The position numbers and the translations under genes were made by a program. The notes under the pieces are model-generated. The model had not been told where the DNA came from. It was given only the letters and a program-made list of their open reading frames with translations, and ran no database searches. Positions 1 through 14,876 of a stretch of 64,000 nt of DNA are shown one piece after another. Numbering within the stretch: the stretch's first letter is position 1; the number at the start of each line of letters is the position of its first letter. Source of the DNA: Pavona decussata (taxonomy: Eukaryota); assembly GCA_977016875.1 (NCBI GenBank), contig CDRNST010000180.1:2170001-2234000 (forward strand). The letters are read 5' to 3'.

Positions 1-3000
1 CAAAAATATAATTTGAATGTATACTTTTCATCCCCGTGGTTTTAACACTGCAGCCCCACTGGAGGTGCAAAATTGAGTATCTTTTAATTTAAATTTGGAC
101 TTTTGGAAGGTATATTTAATTTAATCAGCGAGGTTAAACAGGCAGCCGAATAAAAAGAATGATAACATGGAGCGGTTGGGGCTACTTATAACACAATGCT
201 AAACAATACGAAAACTCAAACTGATGTTTTGTTTGAAAACCGAGTAAGTCACGCTTGACTTCAAAGGAGAAATTACTACAGGTTTTTAATAACTGACATT
301 TTACATTTTATCTGATGAAAACCGAGCCTATTCATGGCTAAATGCATTCATATGAATTCGTTTTGTTTGTTCAGCCTACAACAAGCACGACTATATCTGT
401 CTTAATTGAATTACCACGGCCTTACAAATAAAGACAACTACTTTTACAGTGGATCAATTATACTCTACTGGAGCACGAAATAGCCAGGGTTTGGAGCATG
501 TTGGTTCTTGTTTCCTTAAAAATGAAGCTTTATTATTAAAACTCTCTCAAGTAACTCGAATTATAGCCTGTAGTGACTTTTAAATCTGTAATTTCGGTTC
601 GAACCAATTCAAGCTATACCGGTGTTGGGCGGTTCAGCTTTCCATGTCTTTCGAATTGAAATGAGCACATAAAAGGTCAGTTTTAGATGCTATCTGTCCA
701 ATGATTTAAGTAAAACAGAATAAAGCTTTAAAGCGACCGTTTTCACATTGAAAAGGCGGCAAAGAATCGTCGATATGAAAACTTAAACAAACAGAAGGAG
801 ACATTTTTGTTATGTGCACCTTCATTGAGTAAACAAGTTTCCATTGAGCAGTGTTTTGTAAATTTGTGGTCTTGTCACCCCGTGGGTCCGCATTCTAATT
901 ATTTTTACAAGATTCAAACTTTTAAAGTTTATCGCAGCTTATTTAATTCAACGTAAGGCCGATAATCTTTTCCTGGTGTTTAATTTTGGAAGTGCACTAC
1001 AACCAAAATGACTAAGTCCTGCGTTTGTTGTGAGCAGAATAAAAAGTAAATGGTTGCGAACATTGTTCGCTTAGGCTTCTAAAGTAAATTTAAGTACAAA
1101 TCTCGTGCGTGGATCTAATTAATTCATTGCAAAAGTTAAACAATTTTGTTTTCTGTATATTTTGACTTTTATCACTGTGAGAACTGGATTTGCATGTCGG
1201 TCTCATGGAGTCAGGTTTCGCCTTTTTGTGTTCGTATCTTCAATTTTTTCCTTGCTCTCCGACACATAACAACTGTTTCTTTATAAACTATTCCCCCGCT
1301 CCGTATCTAAAAGAATTATCTTCTCTTATATTGTCAAAATTCAAAAGCGTGGAAAAATTATTTTCCGCTGTGAGACATAACCGACTTATAAAGAAACTGA
1401 GTCTATAAGATGCTATACGTACTCAAAGGAAGACATATTTTCTTGTCAAAACATGTATAGTGAACACAGAATACCGCGCGTAACCTTTCTTCCCTTATAA
1501 TTGACGCAAATAAATTTTAAAGGACCGAGAGTTTAAAGGAATTGAGACTTATCTACCTTTATATTTTAACCAAAACTGTCGCTGAGACTTCCAAATGTTA
1601 CCATTAAGAAAATAATGAAAGGCGGCAAGCTACAGTCCACGGCGAAGGACTCATGCTCAGCTTAAATGGCAACCGGTAACACGGAGCCTTGATTTGTACA
1701 TACTACCGCATTCATCTTTGCCTAAAACTGAATTGATTTTACGCTAAGACGAACCACTGACCTGTTAGAAAAGTATTTTAACTTTTCCAAGCGAGAGATC
1801 GACTGTTCACCGATCTCTCTATAGCTAGTGATTTAACTTTTAGAATATCACAAATTAAGCAACGGTACGTTTGAAACAAGGACAAGTTTACGTTTGGTAT
1901 TAAAACAAAACGACACACAAAAAGGAAGAAAAAGTACGTCCACTTTGTCACGTAGAAAGTGTACTTCGTAAATACTATCGTGCCGTATTTTAACAAGAAG
2001 CAAAAGAGCGAGCAAGAGGAGACATCTTATGGTGAGAAAACGAGAAAGAAAGAGAGACTTATGTTGCAGGTGACCACGACTGAATGGATTTCCTCTTTGC
2101 TAACGAAGCCGTGACTGCGGAAGAATACGCGATTATTTCGTCTGAGACCTTCGCATTAACAAATAGGCAACTTACTCTATTTGAAACTGAATATTTTCTT
2201 ATTTTAGGGGCGTGTAATAGAGAAAAATGAGAAAGCAATGTTCGTCAAAGCGTCCGGTTAACAGCTTCGTCCAAGACACGCTAAAGAACCAAATGCAATG
2301 TAACACTGAGTTCTGTTCTCTTGTTAATATAAACTAAGGAACTTTAGAAGCTGAAAGGCTCACTGTAAATTGCTTGCAATTTTTTTTTTTGTTTTGTTAC
2401 TGAAAAGAACGCTTAAGAGATCACATTGTACTCATGCTGATTGGACTGTATTGTCGCAGCCATGCTTACTAAATGATTGGCAAGCAGATCAAGCTTGTTT
2501 CAACAGACTCTTAATTTCTCTAACAAAATTGCTCCCCTCTTATTATCTACCCTCTAAAGATCTTACAGTTTTGAAATTTACCAATAGCAATTTGTTCGTT
2601 CTCTTGAACACAGCTTGGCTCTTTTTAAACGCGAATTCTGCATTGTCATTGTCATTGTCATCTCCTTCAGCTCGGTATTCATGCTTATGAGACAACTGAT
2701 ATCAAGTCGAAATATGAATCCTATAGCTGTACAATTTCTAAACGATCCGTAATTATTTTTGTCATATTTACACTGGCCACCTCAAAGTTTTGGAGTCTAC
2801 TTCAAAACACAAGTTTTCTTAAATGAAAAGTGAATGGCTAATGGCTTTCTTGAGAAGTACAGCATTTGAACATCTTGAGCATTCCTGGCTCGTTGGAATC
2901 TAGGATGCTACTAATTTGAGTCTATATATGCTGAGTGTATCTAGTCCTTTGGAAAGTCCATCTTTCCTGAAAAGAATCTATACATTTTCCTGCAAATATT

Positions 3001-6000
3001 TCCCTGAATAAATGAAGTTCCGCTCCAGCAAGGCCAATTTCAAGTTTAGCTTTCATCACGAGCAAATTCACTAGATCATTCAAATATTCTTTTAAAGCCT
3101 TAACTAAGATATGAAAAAAATCTTCATCATTATAAAAGTTGGTTTTAAAAAAATTTCACTTCAATGTTTCGTGGCGTTTTTAGAACACTACGTTAACAAA
3201 GGATGTCACACCCAAAGTTTTTAGGGAATTATAAATTGATGCTTCCAGTTCAGCAGGCGATAAAGCAGACTTAGCAGTGTAAAAATTATTGAGTTGTTCG
3301 TCTTTGTATCGGCCTTTTCTTTCGTATTGTGTAAATCGATCATGACCAAGAAAATTCTGATCGGCTTAAAAAATTTTCTTGAAAGAATGAAATGCATACC
3401 TGTGTGGTTCCACCCATAAGTAAGTGCCCTTCAAGTGTGCAGCAAAATCGGTGTCCTCGGGTAAATATTATCCGTATGGACCGCCTTATCATGGTTGGTG
3501 GTACATGCTTGTTCATCTTATCAATGACATTACAAACTGTCTGAAAACACTGACGCGGTGAGTTGCGTTTAAAACGCGAATGAAGACAAACCCTTTTTAA
3601 CTTTTATTTATATGTCTCGTGTTTAAAAACAACACCTGACCATTTGAGCGGACTTATCCTAAAATGGCTAATTTAAAACATCTCTGTTTTGAGGAAACAC
3701 CTTCTAGTTTTATGATGGGAATTCTCAAGATGTGCTTTCAGTATTGCGATCTAGTTTACAGCTTATCTTTGACACCGACCGTTTTCATTGTCTATCAAAA
3801 CTAATAATTGTTGTTTCATTGTTAAATTTTAGCCTCGGATCTACTTTATTTATCAATTTAACATTCAAATTCTTGTTTCTAAAAAGCCTCCTTCTGCTCA
3901 GTAGCCACAAATTTCACTGTAATAAGAACGCAGGAGTCTCTTTGGCTGAATGAAACATTTCAATAGATCTGAAAGATGCGCCATGTACTATATAATCTTC
4001 TAAAACGGTTATTACCAAACATCGCCTTATCAAAAAGTTTGCGAATACTATGTTCTAAAAGTCCAAATCCATTTTTAGCTTGAATAATAATTCAACCCAA
4101 GAAATTCAATAGTTCATTCTGTGCTTCTTCTTCTCCGGAGAATATCATTTGTAGAAAAGATGGATGGTTCTGACAAATAATAGGCAAGTATGATGTTTGC
4201 TGCATTTTTGTTCCTTGTCAATGTTAGGATCAGATAATGCTTAATACTTAGAAAGCGATTTTTCGGTACATCCATAAAACTTTAGGGCCTTTGATGAGAT
4301 ATTTGTGCCAATACCAAAACAGCTCAAAGTTTCAGAAAATGAAATCTCATACTACAAATTCACATACTGTATTTGCATGGGGTAGCTAAACTTGTGCTCT
4401 TTACTGTGAACAATGCATTTACGTTTTATGTTTTACAGTCAGTTCTAAAAAGTTTCAACGTTAGCACGTTTTCTCGTAGACCTACAAGTTTCAACGGTAG
4501 CTTGTTCAGCCACAGACATTTATGCTTTGATAATGAACAGCATCACAAGTACGGTACTGCTGAAAGATTGTCTCTATTTGAAAGGAAAAACATGAGAACC
4601 TCTTTTACAGAAGACTGATGACAGTTTGGAGTCTTCCTTTGAGTACGCGAACGCAATTTCTTCCACAGATGCTCAAACGGCAGCACAAAGCTTGGCTCTA
4701 AAAGCATGGCAGTTAAGCCAAGGAGTAACGAAAGTGTGACGCCTTTTCTAAGCCAAAATAGCCTGGACCATTTTTTATCAGTCGAAAAGTGCTTTGTATA
4801 AGAAAAGTGATCAAAGTAGACAACGAACTCCTTTCATCTGACTAAGTGTGTGAGGTTTGAGTCACAACTCTATTCCTTAAAGGAAATTTCATTTTGTTAG
4901 GCCAATGTAAATATCATGTCTGGCATTTAAGTAATGTTGCATTTCACTGATTACCCTGTTTAAGATGAGCAAACATCTTTTCATTGTGCGACTAAAAAAA
5001 GGATGCTTCTGATTTACAGTATTAAATTTGTCCGGCTTAGTATTCCGATGTCTGACTGGGAAAAATGGGACCAATATTTCCTTACAATATGCTTATGTAC
5101 TGAACTTCTTGCATGAGGGGGACTCCTTTATAAGAGGGCCTTGTATTGTTTTAAATAGCTAGCAGCAAAAACTTGGAACGATTTACCTTACCTGAATCTA
5201 CGCCAACCATTAGCGTTTTCAAAGATTTAAAAAGCTATTCGTGGCTTTTCGTTTTCGAATTTTTGTTATTCAGTTTCCCTTTGTAATCAGCATTTTATTT
5301 CTTGGTTTCTTATTCTTATTTCCTGTTTGAAGATATTAGCATATTTATGCTTCTCTTTAATTCCGAATTGAAATAAAGTTACCTACCTACCGACCTAGTC
5401 AATTATGCTTATTTCTCCTTCTCGTTTTACACAAGGTGACCAATTAACCTCGTTTAAAAAAATCAGGTTTTTTCTTCTGCACTTCAATCGCGTTTTTTCT
5501 TTATCATAAGGCGCTAACTTAGCGATTAAAGTTTATGTTACGAAGCTTATCCAGCGATTAATAATTATAATTTTAGTCGTGTCACCTACTACCAAGAGAA
5601 ACAATACCAAAAGTGCTTGTTTTGGCTAGCCACTAGCTACTAAAACGATAGTCAATTAGCTTCTGTTACGGTGCACCAAAGGGCGTGAACGATTTACCAA
5701 AAAAGTTTGGAATTTTATATTACTGAGGGTCTTTGGGGGCTAACTGATAAGCTGAGAAATAACAGGGGTTTTTGTACCGATAGCTGAGAAAAGTTACAAA
5801 ATCTGTTAGATGAGATGGTTAAATTTTGCCTTAGTATAGTGTGAATTTTACTTGCAAATAAGTTGTCAATAATTGTGTAGCTGATGCCTCGAGAATAAAT
5901 TGCTAACCGGAAGATGGCTCGGAGCTCCCCACAAGTCTGTTTCTAGTCATGAGGCCGTCAGTAGATGATACACAGTGTTCGTAAAGTCTCGAAAGAGATT

Positions 6001-9000
6001 GGAATCACTCAAACGTTCTTCGGAAATCTTCGGATATACTCGACACTGTTCGACTAATTAAGGGACACCGTTGATTCGATACAAGAGCGCAAAAACACAT
6101 GAGAAGAAAAGGTTATACTACTTCCGTTTGATTTTGCAACGACAAGACATTTCTCAATAGCATTTTCCTCGAGTTTAGTATATATAGAAGGTCAGCATGG
6201 GGGTGCTGGATTCTCAGCTATCATAACCATTTCTCGGTTATGAGGTGACTGTTTCAGCTATTTCTCGAAGCTATCAATTAATTAAGCCGGACTTCACAAG
6301 ATTCGGTTCCGACGGACAAGCGGTACCACACTTAATAAAAGAAAAAAAAATTAAACTACTCCATTTAAAATGTGAGTTAATGTCATTTTTAGACCACGAT
6401 TGCGGTGAACATAAAACGTGACGTTTGTCACCGAATTTTAATGCTTGTTCATTAGTCAGAATCTCTTCCTCCCAAGGCCAATACGGGGGATATGTACGTA
6501 TTTTTAACCGTTACGCAGTTTCGAAACCTAACCTTGACTTTTCATGAATTCTCTTTACCATTTGGGGACGACCTGTACCGTTTGCAACATCTTACATGGT
6601 TGGTCGAGAGGACAAAAGAATGAACAACAGAACAATGCTTCCAGCCCTAAAAACAATGCAGCTGCAGGTTATCAGGGTCCAGTGAAAATAGAGCTTTTGA
6701 AGGGTACAGGTCCGCTGTACCATTTGGATCCTGTAGGTCGATTGCAGGATTAAGCCAATTCAGAAATAATACCAATTCCTTGCAGTTCATGATTTTCGTT
6801 ACACTTTTTTTACTTGATTGGGATACTTTTTACAACTTAAAATCAGCTTTCGGATTGCTTTTGTATAAACTTAATTATAACATCTGACAGGTTGAAAAGT
6901 CCTAATTACACCTTTCAATTTTTAGACGAAGAAACAATATTTTGTGGGTTACTTTGGTTGGTGAGTTGGACCGGCAACTGATGGGTTTAATAGTGTTTTT
7001 TTCTTAGTTGTACTGAAAGTAAAGTAATTTTGATAATTTTGATATACGAACAACCAAGATGAGGTCGTTTTTTACATATCACGATTCGCATGCTGCTTTT
7101 TGTTTCCTTTATTAAACAAAAAGTTGAAGATCCTGTCGCGAAATAGATTTCTCTGATATTTTCTCGGGAATTCTCGAGTGGCATTTATAATTTTTTATCC
7201 TGAGTGATCATCTCTAGATCTCTAGGACGTCTCTGTTTTCGTCACGTTTTAGTTCAACGTCTTAACTTTCAAAACTTTCTGAAAATAAAACTGAAAATAA
7301 AAAGCTAATTATTGATAAACATTAAGCACTTTGGAAATTCCTGCTCGGAGCTGCTTGCCAGCTCAATAGTTTTTTGAAGGATTCAGTTGAAGTTAGACTA
7401 GAGCTTCATTTTTCTATCTGAGCGTGAAAACAGGCAAACAGATGGTTATAGCTCATAGGTAAAGAAAGACGGATTATGTGTGCTGACAAATATGCTAGCC
7501 TCACTAAGTCTTGAAAAGGCACCGAGTATCATCTTAGGTTGCGGTGGACGAGTCATTCGTACTGTAGCATCCTTACTTCACACAAAATAGACGACATATG
7601 ACAAAGATGGCGCTACCTTGTCCCAAACAGCATGACAGCATCTCTTGTACAAAGTCGACCACCGCCGCTTTTCATCTGAATATCACTTATCACATCTTAT
7701 ACACTAAAAGCTTAGCTGACTACCTTTACATGCGGCATACTAAATTGAAGAGCAAAAATAAGTATGGCCGAGAGTTTCCATTATAATGCTCACACAAACA
7801 CAATTAATTTTATTCTGAATAACACTGAGTGGAGAACAACTGAATTAACTTTGCACAAAGCTTAGAACTGTTACAGTAAGCGAGAGTAAAAAATAGCAAC
7901 TTTTTCTTCAAGACTGTTCTGAACTAGCTATCAAAAGTAGGTGACTCGTACTTGAGGCCGAACTCGCGCAGAGTCGTAGTTTCGGTTTAAACCCGCAGTT
8001 TCTGGCTCTTTAAATTTACCTTTACGTTTTCGGTTAATAGATCTATATATTTCCATCGTAATAATAAATTTTCCTAATTTTTCATGCAGGCAAGCAGCGT
8101 TTCATTCTGACCTTAAAGAAAGACCGAAGCAACCGGCGAGCCGTTCCCTTGAAAGAAAATTGCTAATTCTCTCTCTAATGTTCTTGGTTCTTTTTGAGGG
8201 GATGTGAACGTGAGTTTTTGTGAAAATTCTTGTTAGGCCATCTGAATTTTCACTTACCTTGTTCTTGTTACTCAGCTGGTGCTAAGAAAAGAATATATTT
8301 CTTTTGAGTTAGAATCTGCAGTGAGAAGCAGGAGCAGTTGTTCCGGCGTAAAGTTGAGTTCTTATGTTAAAAATACAACCTCTGTTTTTTAAGGGGCCTC
8401 TAGTGATTTAAGGGGAAGTGTTGAAGGCGTTTTCAAGCAATTTAACAAAAACTGCGTGGAACATAACACAGGTATTTTTAGTTTACAAGCGTAATTACAC
8501 TCATTCCTCATTTTCAATTCCCAGAAAATGATCCTTTAAATCTCAGTAAGTAGGAATCAGACTTTTTTTCAACCCTTTAATCTTCAAACCGCCTCCATAT
8601 GTCATATATTTAATAGCACCTTAACAGTGATCAATTAGAGTGATTTTTCAGCCTCCCTTTACCAGCCCATGGTACCCATTCGGTTCGATTCCGGCGCCTA
8701 CGTTATAATTTTTCAATAGGGGCTGGTTGTTTCGCTACCCTCTGAAAGTCATTTGTTAAAAGGGGAAGCTTATGGCATTGAGGGGGTTTCTAACTAAAGC
8801 ATTTTCAAAATACTGACTTGGTTAGTTATATGATTCAAACGAAAGTTTACTAACGCACAATACTTCCTTCTACGACTGCTATCGAACGCTGATTCAACTA
8901 CCTAAGGGTACATGATCACAAAAAAAAAGGTCTAAAAAACATCCCTTTTCTCAAAAATGGATCAATTTGAGATAAATGCTCGTAGTTAACTTCCGGGTCG

Positions 9001-11559
9001 GCGACATATCACAGAGAATAAACTATAACTAATAATTGAATGAGCCTGAGGGTGCTCCAACATGGCCGTTTGGCTGGAATGCTGTTTGCAGCTCAGTAGA
9101 ATATCTTGTATTTTTAAAATTACTTTATCATAGTTTAGATGGGCGCACTGAAAATGAATTCGTGAAGAAAACAGGAAGGAGGACGTGATGTTTTTCGTGT
9201 TTTTCAGTTTTAATGCTTGTTCATCAGCCAGAAACCCTTTCCGGTTGATATTGCGTGGTATGTACCCCTCAGTCAACACGTGAATTAACACGTGCACTTG
9301 TCCTTTTTGTTATATAACATTCTTGTTATATAACATTGCAAGAAAACGTGACTTTCTGGGAATTTTCTCCTTTCAATTTTCTATCGCTAAGATTTTAGAC
9401 AATTTTGGTTTGTAAATGGTTGTCAGAATGTCGCTGAATGTGAGGATTTTTCGATTTGTCGTTTTGTACACCATTAAAACGAGTTCTGCTAATAAAAATT
9501 AACAAATGAATTCTAGTTAAGTGGCGCAAGCGTATCGGTGAGTGGAACATGCACTTAGCTAACAAGTTAAATTTTTGTGATGTATTTTCGCTAGAGGTAT
9601 TTCACAAAATATGCGGAGTGTTTTCCTTCTGTTTCCTTTTTCATTTCTACACCAGTAACATGTGAGTAAAATTCACGTGTACCGAAAACCAAACGCCTCT
9701 TCGATCCGGAAGAATCTTTGTAGAACGCGACCCTCCTTCGCTCAGATATTACGGTGCCGTTAAGAGCAGTATGTGCAAAGGAGTAGGGGCGTTAATGTGC
9801 TTCTTGTGGGAGGAAATCCAAGCGAAATGAGAAAATTTGACAGATTTCTCCAGTGAGATCCTGATTTTCCTCTTTTACAATTTGAAAATCTTGACAGTGC
9901 TATAGTAGAAAAAACAAAAAGTAGCCCACATGACGTCGGCGTTTGACCAGTTGGCAGGAAAATCAACGAATTGAGTTCTTTCGCAAAACTTCCCTCCCTC
10001 GTACCCAAGCATATTTTAAAGGGGGCCTTTACAAACTGTACTTAATAGCTGTTATTTGAATGATTATCTAGCGTTCAGGATTTCATCCACAGACTGTAAA
10101 GCTGTAGTGGAACTCAGGTCCTAATATGCATCGTGAATATAATAAGCAGCACGCACGAAAGACTCTGCCCAACCTGAGCTTTTTATTTTTGAATGATTAC
10201 ACTTCAAGCCAATTACGTCCACGGACAGAAAAATTAGAACCAGCCTGTTGAGCTTTAACTGAAATAAACCGCAGCATCACAGTAAAAAATAACATGTCGG
10301 CCGCTGGTTTTGAGATAAACACAGACATGTAACAAAATGGCACTAAGCAGCATTGCCTTGAATCCTGTACGTGTGCTTCAGTATCGCATTGTGTTGGACG
10401 TCCTTGTGTTTATTCTTGTGCTTAATTATGCTTATGAATATTGCACACAAGGGAAAAGAGCCTTCTTGTCCAGAATTATGCCATAAACAGCGCCATAGAA
10501 AGAATTACTCCTTAGTCGCTTTCCGGCCAGTTGCGTACCGGCAACACTTGAGCTCCGTTATACGGTCACTCTTCACAGCCCTTTCACCTTCAACAGCGTA
10601 ATGTAAACAGCCCCAAACGAAACTACTGCTCTAAAACAAGCCGAAGAACCTTCCCTTGAAGGATCCACCATGCAGGGGTGATTGATTAGCAAAATCTGTG
10701 TGAAATGGGTGTAGACGTTTTCATTCAGTCTTTGTAATGGCAAGTGAACACAGCTTGGATGGAAAAACTTACACAACGAATGCCGGTTAAACCAGCTCCA
10801 GTATAGAACATTTCGCCAGTGTAATAATGACAGGTGAGGAGTTCTTTGTCGCTCTTAGTGAAAAGGCGGCGGTCACTACTCGCAGATAAAGAGAACTGCA
10901 ATTCAGCCGGGCTTCTTGATCGTGCCTAACCTGATGTGATTGATGTCCAATTCTCAAAAAATCGTACCAAAAAATTTCGTTATTAAAGCCGCAGTTGTAT
11001 AGTGTCTTTTTGCACCGCAGTTACAGAGTTGTGTACACTGTAAAATAACACTGATCAGATATGTATCTAGTCAAAATGCAACACTGTGGAGTTAGACTCT
11101 CGTCATGTCTTCAGCAGCGCTTACAGAAGGTTAAATTGAACATTCGTAAACTTTAGCCCCAAAGGGTTTGCACCAGTGGCGGTCGCACATCAGATATTTC
11201 TAGTGATCCAGAAGAGTTCAATATCGCGATAAACGTATTATAAGGAGAGGTATTTGGTAGGGAGGTGTTTCAGCAGTCAGTTCAGAAACAAAACTGGTTT
11301 CGTACTGAATTTCCAAAACTGGTGTCACTGAGGTAAATAGCTTCGTTTGCTGCCCTGGCTTGTCCTCAAACATTTGAAGATTATAATGTCCAAGTTTTCA
11401 TAATTATGGAAAGAAACGAGTTGTCTTCATTCGATGAAAGTGAGCACACTGACTTCACATTTTACTGTGCATGAGCAAAAATGAATCAGCTCTTAATCCT
11501 TACTAGGCATGGACTTTCAGAGTCAAATTTTGATATATTGATATTGTGGTTCAAGCTTG

Positions 11560-12720
11560 AGGTGAAATCCGGCTCTAGTGTGACCGGCCATTCAAATCGG
11601 AAACTGCTACTAGTGAGCAGTACTTTCCCGTGGGGCTGTTTATTCTATTGTATTGAAGACGTTTCTAACTTTTGAGTCTGTAGATGAAATCCTAAACTGT
11701 GACAATTCAAATGAAAGCCACTGAGCAGTACTTTCCTGTGGTGCTGTTTATTACGCTGTACAAGGTGGTTCTAACGTTTGAATCTGTGGATAAAATCCTG
11801 AAGTGTCACCATTCAAATGAAAGTTACTGAGCAGTACTTTCCCGTGGTGCTGTTTATTACGCTGTACAAGGTGGTTCTAACGTTTAAGTTTGTGGATCAA
11901 ATCCTAAAGTGTGACCATTCAAATGAAAGCTACTGAGCAGTACTTTCCAGTGACGCTGTTTCCTTGTGTGCTGAAGATGTTTCTAACTTTTGAATCTGTG
12001 GATGAAATCCTAAAGTGAGTGTAACCACCCAAACGAAAGCAATTCTTTCCTGTGGTACTGTTGTACAATCTATAGTTGCTATAACTTTTGTTTGAGTTCG
12101 TGGATGAATTCCTAACGTCTGACCATTCAAATGAAAGCTACTGAACATTACGTTCATGTGGTGCTGTTTATTATGCTGTATAATTAGTAGTTCAAACTTG
12201 AGTCTACAGAGAAAACCCGAAGATGTGACTATTTGAATGAAAGCTACTGAGCAGTTCTTTCCTGTGGTGCTTTGGTTGTAACTATCGTCTGGGAATAAAA
12301 TACTTATAAGCCGTGTGTAACAGTTGAAATGAAAGCGTCCTAAGCAGTATTTTCTCTGGTACTACGTGTATTATCCTGTTCTAGTTGGTTCAAACAGTTT
12401 CAGTTTCGTCTGCGAATGAAATCCTAAAGTGTGACCATTCAAATGAAAGCTGCTTAGCAGTACTTTCCTGTGGTGCTGTTTATTGTGCTGTACAGGTTGG
12501 CTCTTAACTTGAGTCTGGTCAGGTTTTAACTTTTGAGTCTGTGAATGAAATCCTTCAGTATGACCCGTTCAATTGAAAGCTACTGAGCAGTACTTTCCTG
12601 TGATGCTGTTGACTTTTGCTGTACAGGTTGGTTCTTAACTTGAGTCTGGTCAGTCTGTGAATTAAGTACACTACTTGGAGGGCTTCTAAGTAAGCAGTCC
12701 TTTCCTTTGGTGCTGTTTAT
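11560..12720 (+). repeat. Tandem array of ~10-11 diverged ~106-bp units
   Basis: Recurring GTGTGACCATTCAAATGAAAGCTACTGAGCAGTACTTTCCTGTGGTGCTGTTTATT...GTTCTAACTTTTGAGTCTGTGGATGAAATCCTAAA. AAATGAAAG occurs at ~11709, 11815 and 11921 (106-bp spacing). Confidence 0.93.
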
Positions 12721-14691
12721 GATTCTGTATAGGCTGGCTCAAACGTTTGATCGTGCATGCGGATAGACTCGTAAAGTGTGATATAAAACTATCACGCGGG
12801 TATTTAATTTTTTTTCTTTTTGTATTTTATTATTTTCGAAAGAGGGTAGTTTGAGTCGGTGTGAACTTTATTGGGGCTTGCAAGGAGGCGTGTCTAAACG
12901 AAAATTTTTGAAAAAAAGGTAGGTAACTCCCTACATCCGGTCTTGGTTAAAACATTGAGCAGTACTTGACTCTGGTGATAAATATTTACTTGATGACTAG
13001 GGCTTCGCAAATTTGATTTTCGAGAGATTTTTTAGCGCTTTTTACGGACACTTAGACTCGTAAAATGTTTGTCATCTTAGGCCATTTGTTTCCATTAAAT
13101 GGCCACTGCGAAGTTCATTTATTAAAATCTCGTTAACGAAACGGTTTGGAGAGAAATAACACCGAGTGAGAGAAACTACTTGTCTACAGTATACCGCGAC
13201 ACAACACATGACCATAGTTGAAAAAAGATACAATACTGAATTTGACCTTTGGCTTGTAAAGGAAATAAAACCTGACTAACGTAAGAATCAGAGAGGTTAA
13301 ATATCTTTCAATTTTCCATTTCTGTGTGTTAAATGATAAAAGCATAGCTTCCGGTGGTGAACAACTTTCGAGGGACGATTCTTGCAAAACAACTTGGATC
13401 TCCACGACCGGACATCTAGAAATGATGAGTTTTTGTCGGTTTTTCTTTTCCAACATCTTGAATAAACTCGTATGTCAAAGCCCCTCTGTGGCCGGATGAC
13501 ACTTTAATATACCGTGAAATTATTTGTTATGACTTTAACTTGTTGATAGTTTATGTGAAAAGTCACGAATGCATAAAGGGTCAAATTGAACCTATTTTCT
13601 TAACTGACATATAAATACTGAAGCATAGAATTAGCATGGGAAAGTTCATAGTGATTTCAAAACTCTCTTCTCTCAGTCAATTGCTCACACTGGACTCTTA
13701 AAAACTGGCTTCACTTAATGGGTGGAGCCGATAACGTTTAAAATAGTAATTTGTTATTTCTTCACTCTTTCTCCACACTCATTGAAACAGTGAATTACCT
13801 TGAAACAATTTAATGGCTTCATAACTCTTTTGTTGATGGACTGAGTGGATGACATTCAGAAGATGTATTTGTTATTTCTGCACCATTTTCCCATTCTACT
13901 TCGCTCTCAAGGCAATGCAATGAAACAACTCTAATGATTTAATGACACTTTACAAACTGAACTACTCAAGCCGCTTGCCCAATTAATTATATGTCAGAAA
14001 TTCAGCGGGTAAGGTCTATTTTGAAACATACACAGCTTTTAAGTACCCCGCTCTCTGTCCTTTGCCTCTGCGGGGTGTAAGCCCTAACCTGACATGCATT
14101 TTAGGAAGATCCTCAGGCTGTTTATGTTACACTGATTTTAATAGAAGATCAACCTTAGTATCCAAGAATAGTTTGAAGACTTCAACGTTACTATAGTCAA
14201 AGAAAATTTGATACTATTTTACATAAGGTTATCAGTATTTACGATTTTTACACTGTTAATATAATATCTCTTAATCTTTACATGTTTTGTGGATAGTATA
14301 CTTGGGCTAACAGTAACTGTTACCAAACAAAGAGGTTTATATAGATATATGGATACCTTTAATTTACACAGACACGGAAAATCGCTAGTACACTATATAG
14401 CATTGAAATATAGCGTTGAAATCATATCTACTTCCCAAGGAAGAAAAGACCTTTAACTTTGTGTTTGGTAGCCTATGGAGTTTTTCAATGCCTTAGATTA
14501 AAAAAAAATTTCAAGTTGACCTTGTTATCATTATTGGTTAGTTTTCCTTTAAACATACGATGTGAATTTTAAACCTGGACGTTTGTTTAACAAAAAACAA
14601 TAATAACAAAAAAATAATGAAACAAAATAAACGGCACAAACCCTGGGATAAATAAAGGTTGACCAAACTGCAGTTATAGAAAGATAGAAAA

Positions 14692-14876
14692 TAGCGACCT
14701 TCAGCGGGGGATTTGACTACGAGTACAGGATTGAGTACGAGTACGACTTTTCAAGTCTCCTTATCTGCAGGTAAACAACGGGAAGGAGCCAGAGTTTTGG
14801 GGATGCGTCTGATTTGAAATTTGAAAGTCTTACTCGTACGCAATCTCGTTCTTGTACTCGATCTGAAGGTCCCTTA
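14692..14876. mobile_element. MITE-like element with terminal inverted repeats
   Basis: Left end TAGCGACCTTCAG...GAGTACGAGTACGAC pairs with right end CTTACTCGTAC...CTGAAGGTCCCTTA. Confidence 0.65.

Noticed and set aside
3182-3464. ~94-codon - strand frame with one internal stop (LPEDTDFAAHLKGTYLW...), a possible pseudogene or TE relic
   Set aside because: No recognisable domain; cannot be supported without a translated homology search.
8682-8692. Isolated B-box GGTTCGATTCC
   Set aside because: No A-box or cloverleaf; at most a SINE remnant.
11560-12720. CRISPR-like appearance of the repeat array
   Set aside because: Whole units are homologous, with no unique spacers and no cas genes, in a eukaryotic context.
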